From the NCBI GenBank assembly GCA_043228905.1, contig JBHGNT010000005.1, forward strand, positions 2,852,001 through 2,916,000: 64,000 bases of DNA. The letters are read 5' to 3'. The translations under genes were made by a program, and so were the position numbers. The stretch is from Azolla caroliniana (lineage: Eukaryota > Plantae > Polypodiophyta). Below are positions 58,400-64,000 of the stretch, piece by piece. Position 1 is the first letter of the stretch. Each line of letters begins with the position of its first letter. The notes below the pieces were generated by a model. It was not told the origin of the DNA and ran no database searches. It saw only the letters and a program-made list of their open reading frames with translations.

Positions 58400-61300
58400 A
58401 ATCTAAGAAAGACACCCACAACAAAGAGTGGCTAAGTGCCATGCAGGACGATATCCCTTGAGAGAGAGGACCCCCCCCCCCCCCCCCCCGTAGATTTCCG
58501 AAAAAAGAGCATGTGTTGTGAACCAATGAGGGGGAGCCAGAAAGCTTCAAGGAATCAAAGAAAGACACCCACAACAAAGAGTGGCTAAGTGCCTAAGTGC
58601 CATGCAGGACGAGATAGATTCCTTGCATGAGAACCATAGTATGAGCTAACAGAGTTGCCAAAAGGGAAGAGAGCACTTCGAAACAAGTGGGTGTACAAGC
58701 TAAAACTGGGAGACAGTGGGAATCCACCAATATATAAGGCCCAAGTTGTCATAAAGGGCTTCTAGCAAAAGAAAGGAGTGGATTTCAACGAAATATTTGC
58801 TCTGGTGGTGAAGATGACATCCATCCAAACAGTGCTGAGCATAGCGGCCAACATGGATCTTGAAGTTAAGCAGGTGGATGTCAAGATGGCCTTTCTACAT
58901 AGAGATTTAAAAGAGGAAATCTATATGTAGCAATTGGAAAGATTCACCGAGAAGGGAAAGGAGAACTTGGTGTGTCAGTTTAAGGGAGAGTCTATATGAA
59001 CCGAAGTAGGCTCCTTGACAATGTTACCGGAAGTTCGAATCCTTCATGGCCGATCAAGGGTACTACAAAACACATGCCAACCACTGTGTGTTTGTCAAGA
59101 AGTTCAACGGAGGAGATTTTCTTATTCTCTTGCTATATGTGGACGACATGTTGATTGTCGGTCGGGACCAAATGAAGATTTGAATGCTGAAGAAGGCTTT
59201 GAGCAAGTCGTTCTCAATGAAAGACATGGGTCCGGTAAAACAAATCTTGGGGATGCACATACTCCGGGATCGGACAAAGAAGATGTTATGGTTGTCAAAG
59301 GAAAAATACGTGACAAAGGTGCTCCAAATATTCGGCATGCAAAGCGTGAAACCGGTCGACTCTACATTTCCGACAAACAATAAGCTATCGTTGACACAAT
59401 GTCCGAAAACAAAGACGGAGAAAGATGAGATGATGAAGGTGCCATATGCATCATTAGTCGGAAGTCTGATGTACGTAATGGTATGTACCAGGCCAAACAT
59501 TGGATATGTAGTTGGAGTCGTCAGACGATACACAAGCAACCCTGGAAAAGAGCATTGGGCAACGATACCTGAGAGGTACCTTGAGCATGTGTCTTCGATT
59601 CGGTTCAGGTAACCCCGTGTTAGAAGGCTTTACCGAGTCAAACATGTCGGTTGATGTAGGTACCAATCGGTTCACGTCTTGATACCTGATGACTTGTGCA
59701 AGGGGAGTCGTGTCGTGGCAGTCGAGGTTGCAGAAGGCTATGGCATTGTCAATCACAGAAGCTGAGTACATGGCAACTATTGAAACCGACAAGGAACTGA
59801 TATGGATGAAGAAGTTTTTCAGAGAGTTGGGAATTCGACAAGGTGAATTCTAACTCTACCTCGACAACCAAACTATCATCCACTTAGCAAAGAATGCAAC
59901 CTACCATTCTAGGAATAAGCACATTCAAAGGAGATATCATTGGCTCTAAGAGGGGGTAGAAGAAGGGGAGTTTGCTTTGACGAAGATCCACACATCGGAG
60001 AATGGATCCGACATGATTACAAAGGTGTTGTTGGTAGAAAGGGTAGAAGCATGTCAGAGTCGGGTCAGACTAGTGAAGAGCCATCCAAAGTGAAGGGGGA
60101 GTTTGTTGAGAATTAGGTCCCTTTCGGATGGGCCGAATTTAGGATAGAGGAAAATGCGATACCGAGTCGGAAGCCGGAGAAGTGTGAGACGGATCGAATG
60201 GATCCGATCCGGAACCGGATGTAGTCCGGATGAGTATCCGGAAAGAAAGTCGAAAATGTAAATAGGTTTTGAGGCGAGCCTACTTGGGCTTGTTATGTAA
60301 ATAGCCCGAAAGACATCTAAGTATAAAGATAACTAGGGCAAACGTTATGTTGGTGTGGTAGAGTCGTCTTGTTCATTGTCTAGTTGAGTTGTCTATGTAA
60401 CTATGTACAATGCGTACGAGATCGTTGGCTCTGCAATAGAACAGACGGAGCATGAGAGAGCAAGAGTATCTCTGTTGTAACCGCCTGTTGGCGAGTACAA
60501 ACTCAGGTCGGTGCTTGTGAGTTTGTCTAGTTGTACTTTTCTCTCATAGTGATTTGTTTTGTGTCTATGGGCACCCCTGGTTTTTACCTCACTTGGGGTT
60601 TTCAACGTTAATATCTTGTGTATTTTCATTTATGTGCTCTGTATTTGCTTGTACCCATTCCGCATTTGACTTGGTTGTGGCCAAGTTCCCGTTTTTCGTA
60701 TCAGCATGTCATTATGCAATGACATTCAATATACTACCAACAATAAACAAAATGTACTTGAGGAAAAGGGTGGGGATGTTAAAGGAAACTTATAAAAACA
60801 TATTTGGTAGATATTAATATCATAAATAAAAATAGTATTAATTCAAACCAAGAACCACTTTGTTGTAGGTCATTTACTATACCTAGAACAATATAAAGGA
60901 TCATTAACTAGGAAATACTTTATATGATAGATGTGTTAACGATAACATTGGTATGGTTTTTTTTTCTAAACAAAATATCCTTCCATTAGTTGTATAAAAA
61001 GGTCATAACATCTACAACATACAAAGCCCGTTTTGCGTAAGACAATGTACTCCAAAGTAGAGAAAACAGTCCACTAATTTGCAAACTGTTCCATAGACAC
61101 ATTCCAAGGTATTCCATATCCATAGACAACAACAAAAATAACTATATTCGGAAACAAGCCCTTGCGGCTCATAGTTATGAACCATTTCAATACTTATTCA
61201 ACGGTTTGTTCCTGTTCAACATAATCATCATCCAAAAAACGAAAGCTACCACAAGCTTTCAAGGTAGAGAACAATGTGTTCTATGCCTATAAGATGTGTT

Positions 61301-62529
61301 CCATGTGCTTTTTCAAGAGAACCACATTTCACATTTGTGACTGTAAACTCAACAAGTATATCTAGTTGACTCCACATTCTAAAGTGTATCACCTTATGAA
61401 CTATTGAGTCACTGCTTCTACATGACTTAAATCACAATCTCTTCAATGTGGGATGGTGTGAGGTACCGATTTTAATTATCACACTCTATTGCAATGCTAC
61501 ACCTTTGATCACGTTAGAGATTCTTCCCTGCATAGTATCAACTTAGGCATATCCTTATACACATTCATTTTTAAGTCACAATGCTCTCTCTCAATTGCAG
61601 CTTTTATTAGTAAATTTGTTGAGCATACAAAGTCACCACAAGCACATGAAAAATGTTTCACTTTGTTCATATAGGTTAGATTTAAGGTTGAAGGGCCATA
61701 ATACAATCTATCTTCATTCTTTGTTTTCCATCTATGAAATGTATGTTGAAGCTATCAAGAAGCCTATTTTCACTCAATCTCAAAGGATTGATGTGAAACA
61801 TGTGCTAATTTGCATATCGTTTACTCCCATGACTAATAAAGCTTTTCATTTGTTCCTACTTTGCTATATTTTAACATCATTCCCAATTCAAATATTCATA
61901 AATATAAAATAGTCTTCTCATGCTTAGGTTCTAAGTTGACTAACTAATATTGGTATTAGTAATTCTTTTCTAATGAAACTTGTGAACCAATATTAGTTAG
62001 ATTACAATGAAGCTTGGAGTAAATTTTATTATGTGATCATGAGCAGTTTATGATCCAATTTTGACATAGATCAATATTACTATTTTGAGTTAATTGATCT
62101 CATAATTAAAATTAAGGCAAAATATCACTACTTACATAGATACCCATGCACTAGAAAGTGAGTACTTGGCAGATATGCATAATTGTCATAAATTTATGGG
62201 AAAATCATTAATTCGGCAACTACTACTCATCAGTTGGTGAGTACTTGGTAGAAAATAATTTAACTCACAAAATTTGCCATGCAATCAAATAACAAGTCTC
62301 TATTCAATTAATGCTCTCTACTCTTCATTCCTAATATTTCGTGAACCCTATTGTACTCCTATCATTCTTATCGCGAACCTTCCATGAGCGTCAAAACCAA
62401 TAAAAGTTTAGACATTTTAAAGAGGGGGAAATCAATGTCAACACCCACGCCCACCCCCAAATCTCTATTATACACCCCCTTTTTTGTTTCCATTTTTCTA
62501 TTCTCACACACACTCACTCTCTTGTTGAA

Positions 62530-63620
62530 TGTAGATGATGTAGCACTTTTCACTTTTTGCCAACACTTCTGTAAATGTGCAAAAGCTAACAAGGGCAATG
62601 GAAGAGTTTGGCACATATACAAAGTTGTGTGTCAATAGTTCTAAAACAAAGATTATGTTTGTGACGAGACAAAATAAGGATATATCATGCATTATGTACA
62701 ATAATGAGCCACTTGAATGTGTGGAAAGCGTCAAATATATTGGCCTGGAATTTCCTTCAAATATATTATGTCAAATATATTAGATGAAATGAATGTGCTA
62801 CACACCGCTTAGAGGCAGGAAAGAGAGCATATTATGCATTATGTATAATAATGAGCCACTTGAATGTGTGGAAAGCTTCAAATATCTTGGCCTTGAAGTT
62901 CCGTCACATCATAGATGGAATGAATGTGCTACACGCTGCTTAGAGGCAAGAAAGTGAGCATATTATGCATTTGAGAACACATGCAATCATGGAGATATCA
63001 AGTGTTAGGTCCTTAGGAAATACCTTTTCGACACTTTGATGACACTGGTGCATCTCTATGGGATGGAAGTATGGGGTGGTATCATCCTTAAATCTAATTC
63101 AAAAGAGTTTGAAAATGTCCAAAATAGTTTCTTACAAAGTTTCTACAAGTTAAGAAACAAACACAATACACCCTCCTCCTCAAGATGGGATCACTTCCCA
63201 TTGAGATCATGTTCATGGAAAGGGTTGTTGAATACATGCTTAAGGTTTAAAAATGTCTCTCACATCGACTTTCTAGAATCACATGAGAAGAAAGCAAAAA
63301 GATCCAAATGACGCATAAAGGGAAAATTTTGTGTCCAGGTTGGATACATTATATGGAAAAATGGTTTGGTAGATGGGATGCAACATACTTGCTTCATGAT
63401 GCATCATTAGATTCCTCTGTAAATGAGATCTTTTTACAAGGCCGATGTATCATGACATGAGACAAATTCGAGGCCCACACATCACACATTATATTACAAT
63501 TATTGCTCTTAACTATAAAACCATATTCTTCACAAAACGGGGAAACCATACACATCGATATATATTAGAGCCAATATCGTTGTCTACCATTCGAACCATT
63601 GCTTCCATGCGACTTGGCTC
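62530..63620 (+). pseudogene. LINE RT C-terminal relic with a local ~150-bp tandem duplication
   Basis: DDVA, KTKIM, ESFKYLG, LYGMEVWGG; similar to the relic at 54370-54850; ~62690-62840 repeated from ~62840. Confidence 0.75.
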
Positions 63621-64000
63621 ATTGTTGAGTTCATACTTTGGGAATTCAAAACCCTGATTAGGAACTAAAAGTTATGAGGTAGAAAATCACAAGGTGTGAG
63701 GAGGGTCTATGGTGACCAAGGGAATGCACATTGATTGTAGATTTACTTCGTTGAAACTCAAACTACATAGTACCCCCATTATTCTTAATCTTCTCATCTT
63801 ATGTTAAAGGGTTTGACTCTTCTTTTCAGGTTCTTTTCCGTAAATCATGTAAGTTACTCTTGGATCATATTGTCAAACTATTGTAGCTCTACGAAATTTA
63901 TAACCTCTACACTCTCTACACCACTTCATATTTACTTAATTGTGGTACCATTTCTAGTGTTTTTCACATATTTATTGATATAATTATGTGTTTTCTTGTG

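Larger units (their letters stand above)
55940..60706 (+). mobile_element. Element G: decayed, 5'-truncated Copia related to F
   Basis: Integrase-RT-RNase H relic collinear with F; PPT AGTGAAGGGGGAGTT; 3' LTR ~60104-60706. Confidence 0.88.

Noticed and set aside
60707-62500. Short ORFs in AT-rich DNA
   Set aside because: No recognisable motifs; cannot exclude small exons of a host gene, but nothing supportable

Overview
A eukaryotic window, very probably from a non-seed land plant (inferred from retroelement types and plant tRNA primer matches). It is a dense, nested retrotransposon cluster with no intact host gene. It contains: (i) six insertions of one tRNA-Trp-primed Ty3/Gypsy group: A (1-12410, decayed), B (1583-8898, inside A), H (~18209-20040, truncated), a split solo LTR (25451-53849), non-autonomous D (25821/35702-53473) and intact E (39938-47194); (ii) Gypsy element C (25824-35699) with a 1956-aa gag-pol and a ~889-aa extra coiled-coil ORF; (iii) three Ty1/Copia elements, including F (38479-51176); (iv) two LINE relics, a hAT/ZNF862-like transposase relic, an OTU deubiquitinase pseudogene, and adjacent steroleosin and HSP101 fragments. 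Most notable: the Trp-primed group appears to reach RT-RH-IN by a -1 ribosomal frameshift AFTER protease, at G_GAU_UUU_UAG followed by a conserved putative pseudoknot. Every readable insertion of this group has a 4-bp target site centred on CpG (ACGN), which could drive the four-level nesting. All alignments and counts were done by eye.
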